A DNA stretch of 64,000 nucleotides from Octopus vulgaris (taxonomy: Eukaryota), in assembly GCA_951406725.2 (NCBI GenBank), contig OX597831.1, positions 39,742,001 to 39,806,000 of the forward strand. Direction: 5' to 3'. Below the pieces are notes generated by a model. It ran no database searches. It was not told the DNA's origin and worked only from the letters and a program-made list of their open reading frames with translations. Each line of letters opens with the position of its first letter. Position 1 is the stretch's first letter. Position numbers and translations under genes: made by a program. This document shows, piece by piece, positions 37,505 to 51,897 of this stretch.

Positions 37505-38005
37505 GTTAGTGGTGATGATTATGGTGGTTGCGGTGGTGGTGGTTGTGGTGATGGTGCCGGTTGCAGTGATGGTTATGGTGGTTGCGGTGATGGGGGTGGT
37601 GGTGGTAGTTGCAGTGGTGGTGATAGTTGTGGTGGTGGTAGCTGTTGCAGTGATTATGGTGGTTGCGGTGATTGTTGCAGTGATGATGGTTATGGCATTG
37701 GTGGTGGTGGTGGTGATGATTATGCTGGGTTGCAGTGAAATATCTAGTTACAGTGGTGATGGTGGTGGTTGTGGTGACTGGTTATATCTTGGTGATGCTC
37801 ATGGTTGTAGTGGTAGTGATACAGTTATATTTCAGTGGTTGTTGAGGTTGTAGTTGTGGAGTTGATTCTGTTATTATATTTTAGTGGTGGTCATGATGGG
37901 ACCTAATTGTCATAGTGATGACAGGGTTATATATTAGTTATCATCATCATTGTTGTTGTGGTGCTGGTGATTGTGGTAGTTGTATTTTTGGTGGTGGTGG
38001 TGGTG
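37505..38005. repeat. (GGT)/(GAT) low-complexity tract
   Basis: Direct reading. Confidence 0.85.
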
Positions 38006-38007
38006 AC

Positions 38008-38570
38008 AGGGCCATCTTAAGGCATCGGCACACTGGGCACTTGCTCGGGAGCCATGCATGCCTAAGAACCCAACACAATTCTATGCTGTTGTCATGTTTA
38101 TCAGGGTCCCAGGGTGTTGCTTTGCCCAGAGGCCAATAGTGCTGTTGAAGTGGCCCAAGTTAGTAGCAGTTCTTTGGTCATATTTATGTGGTAGTCTTGC
38201 TTGGAGTGGTTCTTGTGGTTATATATTATATACGCGGGAGCCCAACACAAATCTATGCTGTTGTCATGTTTATCAGGGTCCCAAGGTGTTGTTTTGCCCA
38301 GAAGCCAATAATGCTGTTGAAGTGGCCCAATGCAGTGGTAGTGCATTGGTCATATTTATGTGGTGGTCTTGCTTGGAGTGGTGCTTGTAGTTATATATTA
38401 TATACTCAGGAGCCCAACACAAATCTATGCTGTTGTGTTTATCAGGGTCCCAGGGTGTTGCTTTGCCCAGAGGCCAATAGTGCTGTTGAGGTGGCCCAAT
38501 GTAGTGGTAGTGCTTTGGTCATATTTTTGTGTTGGTCTTGCTTGGAGTGGTGCTTGCGGTTATATATATT
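38008..38570. repeat. hAT-like MITE whose right end plus flank is tandemly triplicated (172-bp period)
   Basis: Left end CAGGGCCATCTTAA; units start at 38069, 38241 and 38413, each containing tgctgttga(a/g)gtggccc, a degenerate inverted match to the left end. Confidence 0.7.
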
Positions 38571-39169
38571 GTAGTGGTGGTGATGACAGGTATGTAGGTA
38601 AAGTTTTAGTGGTGGTCATGGCTGTAATGATGCTGCAGTTATATTGTTTTGCTGGTTTCTGTGTAGTTTGTATGTAAACATTTTGAGCATCTGCACTGGT
38701 TCACCTCTTGTCGAACTTACAGGCTGAGTTTTTTCTTTTGATCTATATCATTATTATTATTATTATTGTTTCTTTTGTTTCTTCTAAAAACAAATATGTC
38801 TACACCCGCACACAGACAGAGGCTCTCTTTCCATCACCATCTTTCTGTCTTCCCTCCCTCCTCACCCATCCACTCCAAAACCTGGACACATTTCTTCGTC
38901 TTCGCGCACACACATGCACTCTTTCTTACATATTTCCTTCCTTGCTTGTGCGCACATGTATAGACACAGGGGTAGTTGTTGATGATGACGATTGTAATAA
39001 TGATAATGGCGATAGTTGTGGTGATGATGATGATGATGATGATGATGATGGTAGTTATCGTGATGGTGATGTCGGTGATACAACTTTTTTTTTAAGATAA
39101 GATTATCAATGTGTGTGTGCATGTGTATATTTAGAAATAAATAAATGCACACATATAAATAAATAAATA

Positions 39170-39575
<406 letters not shown>

Positions 39576-39925
39576 TGAATAAATACACACATAAATATAT
39601 GCAAATATATATATGTGTGTAGAAATATATAAATATATATATATGTGTGTGTGTTTCTACATACCTGTGCACTTACACAAATGTATACATGAATGATGTG
39701 TATTCTCCCTTTCTTTTGTCTCTCTGTTTCTCTCTCTCTCTCTCTCTCCCTCTAACTGCCTTTTACTCTCTCTTTCTCTTGCTCTCCACCCATTATCTTT
39801 CAGATATGTAAACGCTCTCACACAAGCATTAACATACCTATATATTGATGCACACATCGCCCTCCCATCACATACACACACACACATAAATATGTACACA
39901 TACATACATACATGCATATACAGAC

Positions 39926-39956
<31 letters not shown>

Positions 39957-41506
39957 TATATATGTTTATATACAAATATATATATATATATATATTTTTT
40001 TTTTTCATAAACATTCACGCACACACACACACGAACATATATACAAATACATACATACTCATATGCACACACATGAAATACACATGCATACATACATATG
40101 CTGTTGCAGAAAATAGAAATAATTTCTCTAAGGGTTTTATAATTAAGTTTTAAATATAGTGGTTGAAATTCATGAACCTTGTTCTCAGCTTTAGTGCATC
40201 TGTGAGTTTATGTGTATCTCTTACATACATATATGTATACATATATATATATATATATATACACATACATATATACATGTACTTGTGTCTATATATTTTG
40301 CATACATGTGTGTGAGAGTGTGTGTATATAAATATAAAAGCGTAGGAAGAAGAATGAAAAAAATGGGACCAGATTATGTTAAGTACCAAGTGAGATTGTT
40401 ATCTTTTCCTGTAAAGTTGTGGTTGTATTTCAGTGCATATACACCAGCAGATGAGTTGTATATGTGTGGGGGATGTGTGTGTATTGTGTGTGTGTGTGTG
40501 TGTGTGTGATGATATTCGTGTCTTCATAGATTCATGAATGTGTGCACGTATGTTTGTGTGTGAGCACATGTATGTATGTGAGTGTGTACATGTGTATATG
40601 TAAATGCATAAATTTACATATCTATTCATACAGATGCAGGTATTATACATGTGTATATATATATATATATATATATGTATCGGTGTATGTGTGTACGTAT
40701 ATGTTGCGTATTAGAAAGTGGATGCATATATTCACATGAATATACTCAAACGAAATGTGAACACAATACATAGTGCCTAGTGTAAATTGGAGACTAGTTC
40801 TGTTGTTTCTCTGAGTATCACATGCAAAACAGATATATAGATGTGTGTATACATGCACACGCAGGTGTATGAAACTGATTGTGATAATAGACTATACCAC
40901 CAGCTGTTAAACAATTATATATATAAATGCTTGTGTGTGTGAGTATATAATTATATATATAATTGTGTATATATATATATATGTATATAACTGAGTATAT
41001 ACGTATGTATATATACAAATATATATCTACACAGACACATATATGTACGTGTGTGTGTATATATATATACATACACACATACATATGTATATGATGTAAA
41101 GTTAGGTGTGAGAGGTGGAGCTTACTATGATAATTGCACAATTCTCTGAATCTATATTTTCTGTGTGTGGGTGTGTGTGTCTTTATGTGTAAACTCCCAA
41201 ATTTGGTTCTTAACATTGTTTACACTTTGTGATCACATGACTGTACCCACATGCCCTCCTACCCATCCAGCCCACACCTTGAAACAGCAAAAGGTGTAAA
41301 AGCAGTTTAAAAATTGAAACAAGTTGCTTGCATGACATGTCAGAGAGATGAGAGAATTGGGAGTTTCGCAACTGCTAATTACTCTATTAATGGCATCATG
41401 CCTCTCCAGGTTACAGCTTTAAAGCAGATACATGGTTCAAATCCCACTGGTGGCTTTCTGAATTTTGTCTCACAAAGGGTTGTTATATTCTTTCTCTCTT
41501 TCTCAC

Positions 41507-41538
<32 letters not shown>

Positions 41539-41920
41539 TAATGTTCCTTTATGTTTCAGCCTTGAGGCTGTGGCCATGCTGGGGCACCGCCACTGTATAT
41601 GTATATATTATGGGCTGTTGTTTATGGCTTTGTTGAATTTGCATTGAGACATATGAATGTCTGTTATCTTTTACTTCTTTCAGTCATTTGACGCTGGCCA
41701 TGCTGGGGCACCGTTTTGAAAGGTTTTAGTTGAACAAATTGACTCCGGGGTTTATTATATTTAACCCCTGGTACTTATTCCATTGGTTTCTTTTGCCCAA
41801 GTGCTAAATTACGGGGATGTAAACACACCAACACCACTTGTCAAGTGGTGGTGGTGGTGGTGGTGGGGACACAGATACACAAATACACACACACACACAC
41901 ATTTATATATATGCATATAT

Positions 41921-42260
41921 GAAGGTGCATGGCTCAGTAGTTAGAGCATCAGACTTACAATCATGAGATAGTGAGTTCGATTCCTGGGCCAGGCTGTGTG
42001 TTGTGTTCTGGAGTAAGACACTTTATTTCACGTTGCTCCAGTTCCCTCACCTATAGAAATGTGTTGCGATGTCAGTGGTGCCAAGCTGTATCGGCCCCTT
42101 TGCCTTTCCCTTGGACAACATCAGTGGGATGGAGAGGAGAGGCTGGTATGCATGGGCAACTGCTGGTCTTCCATAAACAACTGTGCCCGGACTTGTGCGT
42201 CAGAGGGAAACTTTGCAGGTATAATCCCATGGTCATTTATGACCGAAGGGGCTTTTTACT
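41921..42260 (+). mobile_element. tRNA-derived SINE (third head/tail combination) inserted in a minus-strand family-A SINE (41665-42390)
   Basis: A-box TGGCTCAGTAG, B-box GAGTTCGATTCC, body agacactttatttcacgttgctccag shared with 61495-61810. Confidence 0.75.
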
Positions 42261-42444
42261 CCTACCCTTGCCTTTTTATATATATATACAATGGGCTTCT
42301 TTCAGTTACCGTTTACCAAATCCAGGCTATAGGAAAAGGCACTTGCCCAATGTGCCATGCAGTGTGACTGACCCCCGAGTGGGACTGAATACATGATTAA
42401 TTTACAACACTAACATTGTTAGAAATTACTTGAGAGTTCATAGG

Positions 42445-42491
<47 letters not shown>

Positions 42492-42528
42492 GAATGGAGC
42501 TGAATGATGAATTAACAAAATTCCTTTA

Positions 42529-42611
42529 TTTTTGACATATGTTTCGAAGGCTGCATATTCCTAATTGCGAAGGAATAAGGAGTACATTATGCCGCTTTCT
42601 CATCAGGAAAA
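42529..42611 (-). ncRNA. Hammerhead ribozyme motif with expanded helix II, in a probable Penelope-like fragment (about 42488-42757) between (TA)n tracts
   Basis: UUUUC-CUGAUGA-GAAAGCGGCAUA...UAUGCAGCCUUC-GAAAC-AUAU-GUC/AAAA. Confidence 0.7.
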
Positions 42612-42756
42612 GCAAGGAACTTATGTCAACATCAAAATGCACAAAAAAACTTTTAGATGATTGCTCACACGGAGCCCATAGCTTTTTCTGATGTGAATTT
42701 GCTACTCAGATATCGGTTAATTCGAATTATCCTTAATAAGATAATTCATTCAACTA

Positions 42757-42799
<43 letters not shown>

Positions 42800-43431
42800 T
42801 GTGGTTATGAAGTTTAGTTCCCAACCACATGGTTTGGGGTTCAAATCCAATATGTGATACATTGACCATGTGTCTTCAACTATCGCCCCAAGTGGACCGA
42901 AGCCTGTCTGTCTCATTCTCTCTCTGTTTCCTCGCATCTGTTGAGGCCCACTTGAAAGGAACTCAGCCACCTCACCTCCATAGCTTATACATCATGTTTG
43001 ACAAAAGGCTGGCCGATCATGGATGGAATGCCTGTGATTAAAGGCATAACACATTCAGTATTTAAGCAGCAACAATTATCCGATCATAATCTGTCAGATG
43101 TGTGAGATTTTGCCTTGCATGTTGCATGTTTCTAACAAATACTCGCTGAACAGTTTAATCTGCAGGTGGAGAATATTAATAAGTCAAGGTTTATTATTTT
43201 TACCAAGACATAACTGGAACTTGGGAATGTCAACCATTTAGCCTGCTTCCTATTAATATTTATGTCCTGCTGATAGTTTGGGCTTTCTATTCTCTATTGA
43301 ACATATTTTCATATGGATAATATGGTAATTTATCACACGGAGGTTTTACCCCATGTGATGTGAATATTGAAATCCAATTTTACAAGTTTATGACATATGC
43401 TTAACCAGTTGTATATTATTATTATTATTAT

Positions 43432-43466
<35 letters not shown>

Positions 43467-43480
43467 TTGCTATTATTGTT

Positions 43481-44300
43481 AAGGTGCCGAGCTGGCAGAA
43501 TCATTAACATGCCGGGCAAAATGCTTAGTGGTATTTCGCCCGTCGCTATGTTCTGAGTTCAAATTCTGCTAAAGTCAACTTTGCCTTTCATCCTTTTGGG
43601 GTCGATAAATTAAGTGTCAGTGAAATGCTGGACTCAATGTAATCGACTAGTCGCCCTCCCTCAAAATTTCAGGCCTTGTGCCTTTAGTAGAAAGGATTAT
43701 TATTATTATTATTTTTGTTATTGTTCAGGTGGTGAGCTGGCAGAATTGTTAGCACGCTAGGCAAAATGCTTAGTCGTATTTCGTCTGCTGCTAGATTCTG
43801 AGTTCAAGTTCCACCAAGGTTGACTTTGCCTGTCATCCTTTCAGGGTCAATGAAATTAGTAGCAGCTATGCACTGGGGTCAATGTAATTGACTTAATCCT
43901 TTCCCCTAAATTTGAGGCCTTGTGATTCCAGTAGAAAGGATTATCATTGTTGTTATTATTAAGGCGGTATTTCGTCTGCCGTTACGTTCTGAGTTCAAAT
44001 TCCGCCGAGGTCGACTTTGCCTTTCATCCTTTCGGGGTCGATTAAATAAGTACCAGTTGCACACTGGGGTCGATATAATCGACTTAATCCGTTTGTCTGA
44101 CCTTGTTTGTCCTCTCTGTGTTTAGTCCCTTGTGTGTAGTAAAAAAAATAGGTATTTCGTCTGTCGCTATGTTATGAGTTCAAATTCCACCGAGGTCCAC
44201 TTTGTCCTTCATCCTTTCGGAGCCGATAAATTAAGTACCAGTTGCGTACTGGGGACGATCTAATTGACAGGCCCTTCCCCCAAATTTCATGCCTTGTTCC
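43481..44300 (+). mobile_element. Head-to-tail array of four tRNA-SINE units (family C), partly separated by (ATT)n
   Basis: Repeated gagttcaaattccgccgaggtcgactttgcctttcatcctttcggggtcgat...aagtaccagtt...ctggggtcgat units. Confidence 0.85.
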
Positions 44301-45287
44301 GGCACATGATCTCAGATCAGGTCACTTGCTATGCAAGTACATCTCCATAATATATATGTATGTATGTATGTATAAAACAATCGTACATGCACACATATGT
44401 ATATCAAACTAAAAATTAGAAAGGAAATTTGAAATTGCTTTGGTGTAAAAGCTGCGAGAGGATAAAATGGTTGGCTGAGTGGTAGATATTGTGGTTGTTG
44501 TTGTTGGCTGCACTTTAATATTTACTCTTTGACACCAATGCCAATGACAACACCATTTGCTTTTAGCTCTGCATTTTATAACTCGGCTGATCTTTTCTCC
44601 TAACAAACTGAAACGCGGCGGTGGCAGCGATAAGAATGGTAATGACAACAGTGATGGCACTGGTGCTGTTGCTGCCTATGCAAGCAAAAAAAAAACGTGT
44701 AAAAGCAAGGAGGCGGGGTGGTTGGTGTCGGGAGAAGAAAAGGAGAAAGCATATCACCAGTCTAACTAAAACAAAAGGATTTTTGCTGATGTAAACAAAA
44801 CAAAACAAAAGAAAAGTAAATAAATAAAGGGTGTCTTTTAAATACCATTATCCTTTTGAACTTTTTTTTTCTCCCTTTATCAAATCCAGTAGTGCAAAAT
44901 TTTTTTTTATAATTCTTTTTTTCTGTTTTGTTTCTTTGTTTTGTTTTGTTTTTAAATCTCTTTCATACTGTTATTTTGTTTTGTTTTTTTTTTCTTTTTA
45001 TTTGTCTTGAACATTTCATGCATTGTTATTTGCATGTTGTGTTGTATCTCTGTGGATTTTGTAGTTGTGGTAGTGGTAGTGGTGGTGGTGGTGGTGGTGG
45101 CAGTGGTCTTCATTTGGGAAAGTTTCGTTTTCAGTTTGGAATGAAAATAAACGTAGGAGGAAAGAAAAAACGAAAGAAAGAAAGAGTAGGTGCTGGCATG
45201 GCTGTGTGGTTAAAAAGCTTCCTTTGCTCCCACATGCTTTACGGTTCAGTCCCACTGTGTGGCACTTTCGGCAGATGTTTTCTACTA

Positions 45288-45730
45288 CAGGCCGTCCTCA
45301 ACTTACGACGCATCCGACTTATGACCGATCAGCTTTACAACAATTGGCGCACTAACAGCAATAATAGATAGTCCAGTTGAAATCGAATGGGTTTAATATA
45401 TTAGAAATTAACCCGTCTATTGATGACGTCAGCTAACAAATGCTTCCCCTAGGTTTGGTTATCAATCAGCACTGTGGTGGATGACTATCCCGTCGCAGAG
45501 GCATTGAGGCAAACTCGTATTTGTTTATAGGACGACTGCTTGAGACTCCGATATTTTTTTGACTAACAAACCAAGACAGAATGCTGTGTGTGACTTTTAC
45601 CTGAGAATGTACCTCAAGAATGTAAAAATATAATACAAAGCTATATAGGCCTATAGGCTGACTTAAGATCAAATCGACTTTTGACTAAGTCAGATGGAAC
45701 CAATTGTGATCATCAGTCAATAATGACCTG
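45288..45730. mobile_element. pogo/Tigger-like MITE nested in a family-A SINE
   Basis: TA-CAGGCCGTCCTCAACTTACGAC ... AGTCAATAATGACCTG-TA; SINE sequence resumes after 45732. Confidence 0.75.
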
Positions 45731-46195
45731 TATAACTTGGGCTGACTAAAGTATTGTGAGTAGATTTAGTAGACTAAAAGAAGCTTCTGTCTGTCTGTTT
45801 TTATGTATATACTCTTTTATTTGTTTCAGTCATTTGACTGCGGCCATGCTGGAGCACCACCTTTTGGTCGAACAAATTGCCCCCAGGTGATTTGTAAGCC
45901 TAATACTTATTCTGTCCCTTTTGCTGACCTGCTAGGTTATAGGGATGTAAACACACCAACATGGGTTGTCAAGCGATATTAAGGGGGACAAACACAGACG
46001 TTATCTTGACATTGTTCACATGAGCCTGACTTGGGCTCAGAAGTTACTGCCTGAGTTGTTATCTATAATTGTAAAAATTAAAAGTAATTCAATGTTTTCT
46101 TGAAACACTAAAATTCTTACCACACAGCTGTGTCTGCTCATCTTTATATATACATATATACATATATATACACACACACACACATACACATATGT

Positions 46196-46236
<41 letters not shown>

Positions 46237-46576
46237 AATGTATATGCATGGAGATAAGAATGTACGTGTATATATATATATATATGTGTGTGTGTGTATA
46301 TAACATATACACAAACATACTGCATCTATATTTTTTCTACACTCACATCTCTCTTACATAATATATGCAAGAATGTTTTGGTGTTAAAGATGTAAATGGT
46401 TTAATTGAATCAAATTCAATGCTGGTATCAAGGAAATCTTCATATCTATATCCTGCTGTGTTAATAAGATTGAACGCGCCATTTATTACTTGTGCTGTTT
46501 GTGTGTTGGCGGTGAACTGAACAGGTTGAGTGTAAATTGTTTGAGATTGTGTATATAAACAACAACAACCCCCAAC

Positions 46577-46611
<35 letters not shown>

Positions 46612-47705
46612 GCTGCTATGTGTGTCTAAACAAAAGCATGAAACGGACAGACAGATAGAAATGTGCATGTGTATGTTTGCGTGCTTTCATATGTATATGT
46701 GTATGCTTCAAATGTGTGTGTGTGTGTGCTGGCTTTTATATATTTCTCTGCTTTTATGTGTGTATTGTGTGCACATGCTTCTATATGTGTATTTGCTTAT
46801 GTGTGGGTGCTTTTGTGTGTGTGTGTGTGCATGGACACTCGTGTTTATCAGTGTGTGCACTTTTACGTGTGTGTGTGTGTGCTCTTGTATGTATATTTGA
46901 GTGTGCATGTGCTTGTGTATGTATGTGTATTTGTGCTTGTGTGTGTGTGCTTGTGAATGCATGTGTGTGTGTGTGTGTGTGTGTGTGCTTGTATGTGTGT
47001 GCTTGTGTATGTGTGTGTGTGCTTGTGTATCTGTGTGTGTGCTCGTATACGTATATTTGTGTGCACGTTTATATACATGTATTTGGGTTTTTGTATGTTT
47101 GCATGTGTGCACATGCTTCATATGCAGGTGTGTGCATGTGTGTTTATATATATGTGTGTGTATGTGTATAGATTTTGTATACGTAATTGGTAATTTTTAC
47201 TCATTTCTGTTTGATGCACAGATTCCAATTTTAATAGCAATTTCCAGGCAGGTGTAGTTTGCCAATTGTGAAAATTACAACCATCTCTTTTCTTTGTTGT
47301 TTGTTTAGAGAAATTATTAATAATAAAAATAAGGCAAAAATGACTAAATATTTAAATTTATTGGGTTTAACATATAAGGGTTAAAGGTCAGAATTTTTGA
47401 GGTTAGGGTTTCGGTTCGGGTTAGTGTTTGGATTTGTGGTACATTGCAAAATGTCATTGGAAGTACTAATTTTTAACCCTTTACATGTTTCAGTCTTTAG
47501 ACTGCGGCCATGCTGGGGCACCACCTTGAAGACATTCTTAGTTGAATGTATCTCGACCAAAGTACTTTTCTTTTAAAAGCCTGATACTTATTCTAACAGT
47601 CTTTTTTTCTGAACCGCTAAGTTATGGGGACGTAAACATATCGACACTGGTTGTCAAGCAATGGTGGGGAACAATCATAAACATAAAGGCATGCACACAT
47701 AAGTA

Positions 47706-47915
47706 AAGTAATCCCTCGACTAACACAGGTATTATGTTCCAAAACACGCCATGATAGTAGAAGTAGAAGTAGAAACAGTACTGTACTGTTATATTTAAAA
47801 AAAATTTTATATATATTTATTGTATTATAAATGCAAAACAACACCACGGAGGAATCAACACAAGCTTAAATAATAAACCCCGATAGGGGAACCATGATAT
47901 GGCAAGGGATTACTG
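47706..47915. mobile_element. pogo/Tigger-like MITE
   Basis: TA-(A)AGTAATCCCTCG ... CAAGGGATTACTG-TA terminal inverted repeats. Confidence 0.7.
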
Positions 47916-47938
47916 TATATACATATAAAGGTAAAGTT

Positions 47939-48097
47939 AGGAGTGGCTGTGTGGTAAGTAGCTTGCTTATGAGCCACATGATTCCAGGTTCTGTTCCACT
48001 GCATGGCACCTTGGGCAAGTGTCTTTGTACTATAGCCTCGGGCTGACCAAAGCCTCGTGAGTGGATTTGGTAGATGGGAACTGAAGGAAGCCTGTCG

Positions 48098-48146
<49 letters not shown>

Positions 48147-48350
48147 GTATATGGTGTGTCTGTGTTTGTCCCCTCAAAATTGCTTGACAACCGATGCTGG
48201 TGTGTTTACGTCCCTGTAACTTACCGGTTTGGCAAAAGAGACCAATAGAATAAGTACTAGGCTTACAAGGAATAAGTCTTGGGGTCGATTTGCTCGACTA
48301 AAGGCAGTGCTCCAGCATGGCCACAATCAAATGACTGAAACAAATAAAAA
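47939..48350 (+). mobile_element. Family-A SINE
   Basis: Head, microsatellite and tail present. Confidence 0.9.
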
Positions 48351-48364
48351 AGAGAGAATTACCT

Positions 48365-48593
48365 TCTCGTGTCATGACGACTAATAAGGGCCAGTTCCAT
48401 GGCGTATATGTTCCCCACCTGGATGGGATGCCAGTCCCTCACAGGGTTACTCATCTCTTCTATCTGGGTGAAGTGTAGTAACATGAAATGAAATGTTTTG
48501 CTCAAGAACACAATGCGTTGCCCAATCCAGGAAATGAACCCACAATCTTATGATCATGAGTCTAACACCCTAACCACTAAGTCACATGCCTCC

Positions 48594-48596
<3 letters not shown>
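48365..48596 (-). mobile_element. tRNA-derived SINE (fourth combination)
   Basis: Reverse complement GGAGGCATGTGACTTAGTGGTTAGGGTG...GGGTTCATTTCC...GAGTAACCCTGTGAGGGACTGGCATCCCATCCAGG. Confidence 0.75.
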
Positions 48597-48648
<52 letters not shown>

Positions 48649-49000
48649 GGGCTACTTTTAGTTTCCGTCTATGAAATCCAATCACAAGGCTTTGGTTGAC
48701 CTAAAAATATAGTAAAAGACACTTGGACCTAGGTGCCATGCAGTGAAACTGAACCCGGAACCATGTCGCTGGGAAGCAAGCTTCTTACCACACAGCCACG
48801 CCTACGCTTGATGTTTGGTTTACTTTCATTAAAAATGTTTGGCTTTAGCTCTTTTGTTACCATATTTCTGTCACAGTGGACTAATATTGAAAATAATGGA
48901 GAACTTGGTAAAAGAACTTTCTTGTTATTAGTATATTAGTATAAGTTTTGAACTTAAATTTTTGTATGCGATTTTGATTGGTGATTTTTTCTATCTTTAA

Positions 49001-49214
49001 CCCTTTCATTACCAACCCGGCTGAAACCGGCTCTGGATACAAATGTTTTATTTTCATAAGTTCTGAATTAAAATTTTCCACCAAACCTTAGTCACAATTT
49101 ATGTTCCTAACACTAGCTGAATGATAACTAAGTTATTTTACTAAATTCTTTGTTATATTTAAAGTAATTGAAAGAAACACAGAGCATCTCAAAAGAAATA
49201 TAGTAACGAAAGGG
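49001..49214 (+). mobile_element. piggyBac-like MITE with TTAA TSD
   Basis: TTAA-CCCTTTCATTAC ... GTAACGAAAGGG-TTAA; second copy inverted at 54970-55189. Confidence 0.9.
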
Positions 49215-50040
49215 TTAACTTGGATTACTTTAAACCTGAGACATTTAAACTGGCCACATCTGACCCAACTATTCTACTAGTTTTATGTTCAAACTGGCTA
49301 GATCCAGCTTCTTACACCTTCACTGCAATGTCGTTCTGAAAATTAAACAACTACATCATGAAAATCTCAAAGCAACATAATAATTTAGTTCAAAGCAATG
49401 TGAATGAATAAGCACTACATTTAACAAAGTAATCTGAATGCTAACGGTTTAAAACAGGAAGTTTATATCATAGAACCGGGGCTGATCTTGAGCAGGTTGG
49501 TATCAAAAGGGTTACACATTTAATGAGATCTTTTTTCTCAAAAAGGTAGGAAATGGAAGGTCAAAATTCTTAGAGTATTGGAAAAAATGGTTTATAGTAT
49601 TTCTTCCAGCTCTTTATGTTCTGAGTTCAGATCCTGCTGATTCCAGCATTGTATTGGGGTTTTATCTTGCGGTTGATAAAATAAAGCTGATGTTAAATGC
49701 TGGGGTTGATGGGTTTGACTTACTCTGCCCCTAAAAAAATTGCCGGCCTTGTGTCTAAATTAGAATCCATCATTAATTTCTCAAAAACCAACAAATTATG
49801 ATCGCTGTAGTCAAACACCAGCAATTGATGTGGTGCTTTCCATAAGATCACAGTGACACGAAGTAAATGAATGGATCAGGTTGGCTAGAATTACAAAAAA
49901 ACATTGCAGTCTTTGAAGGTTCATAACTTCATTAATTTCTCTAGAAAATGTTTATGATTTTCATAATTGTCATGCAAACTGAAAATTTCTCTTTCTCTCT
50001 CTTTCTACAAACATGCATGTATGCACACAAGCATGCACAT

Positions 50041-50074
<34 letters not shown>

Positions 50075-50389
50075 ACACACACACTTGCGTGTTTTTAATT
50101 ATGTTTAGAATTTCAACACTACCTTAGGTTTCCTGCTTTATAATTTGCAATTTTCCAGTGTTACATTTAAAAAAAAATTGATGCTAATTTTAAGGAAAAT
50201 GCAGAATATACATAAACAAAAGTAATGAGTACTCCTTCTCACTGATAAACACCATTTCATATATACATGCAAACATGCACAGACACACATATACACATCT
50301 ATGCTTATATTATATGTGTTATTATCATCATTTAACACCCAAGGCCCTTCCTGGTATGGATTGGACAATGTGTATATTTGCATGTGTGT

Positions 50390-50572
50390 TTAGATCGCTA
50401 GCCACTACACATTATTTTCTCTCCTTGTTTCTTTCTGTGTTCCTTTCTGTGGAAGAGCATAGGCTCGAAATGTTAAAAACTTTTTCACTTTCCGAGCGTT
50501 ATACTAATACCTCTGTTTGTTGTCTACACCAACTGTCTTTGTCTTTTGTTTTTTTTTTTGTAAATTCTCCCT
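50390..50572 (+). mobile_element. Penelope-like terminal fragment P2, HHR-like motif 50443-50478
   Basis: CUUU-CUGUGGA-A-GAGC auag GCUC-GAAAU-GU-U-AAAA. Confidence 0.6.
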
Positions 50573-50694
50573 ATATGCAAACTTACACACACGTACATGT
50601 CTATAAATGTGTGTGTGTGTATATATATATATAAATATAACTTGTGTATACAATATATGTATATATTGTGTACACACAGACACATATTCTTTTA

Positions 50695-50883
50695 TTCTGT
50701 TACTTGTTTCAGTCATTTTGACTATGGTCATGCTGGAGCATTGCTTTTTAGTCGAAAAAATCGACTCCTGAACTTATTCTTTGTAAGCCTGTTTCTTATT
50801 CTATCTGTCTATTTTGCCAAACTGCTAAGTTATGGGGGACGTAAACACACCAATGGTGGGATGGGGGAGACAAACACAGATAC

Positions 50884-50935
<52 letters not shown>

Positions 50936-51097
50936 GACAGGCTTCTTTCAGTTTCCTTCTACCAAATCCACTCAGAAGGCTTTGGTCAGCCTGAGGCTAT
51001 AGTAGAAGATATTTGCCGAAGGTCCCATGCAGTGGGACTGAACCCGGAACCATATGGTTGGTAAGCAAGCTACTACCCACACACTCACTCCTGCGCC
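50695..51097 (-). mobile_element. Family-A SINE
   Basis: Reverse-complement head and tail with (CA)n interior. Confidence 0.9.
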
Positions 51098-51567
51098 TAT
51101 ATATATATATATATATATTGTATGTTGTATGTGTGTGTATAACTGTTTCATTGATCTATCAGTCTCCTATCTATTGATCGATGTATCTCTGGATCTATCT
51201 GTCACCACCTATTCCTTCCCTCCCCCATGACCTCCCTGCCTACAAACATACCTTACATCCTCCCACCTTTCTCTCCCACACCTCTTTATCTCTTAACATT
51301 CATGTTTTTGTTTCATAGGTCTTTGCGCATCCCCTCATCCTTGTACTCCAGCCCCTCCCGCTAACACTATATTTTATGGCATTTGCAATGTTTACGCTCA
51401 CTGCTCATGGCCATTCTGGGTTCTCTGTTTGTATTCCATCTGCAATTGGGTCTTTAGTGAGGGGGAACATAATCTGTCATATAAACCCAATCTATCTAAG
51501 AACAGAAATTGTACAAAAACATATAATAATACATACAAAAGCACACATATATGTGTATTTGTGTGTG

Positions 51568-51897
<330 letters not shown>

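Noticed and set aside
47400-47432. Telomere-like GGTTAGGG repeats
   Set aside because: Only one exact TTAGGG; too short to call an interstitial telomere
51300-51480. Acceptor-like TTTTTGTTTCATAG followed by unique sequence
   Set aside because: No clear donor and no recognisable coding signal
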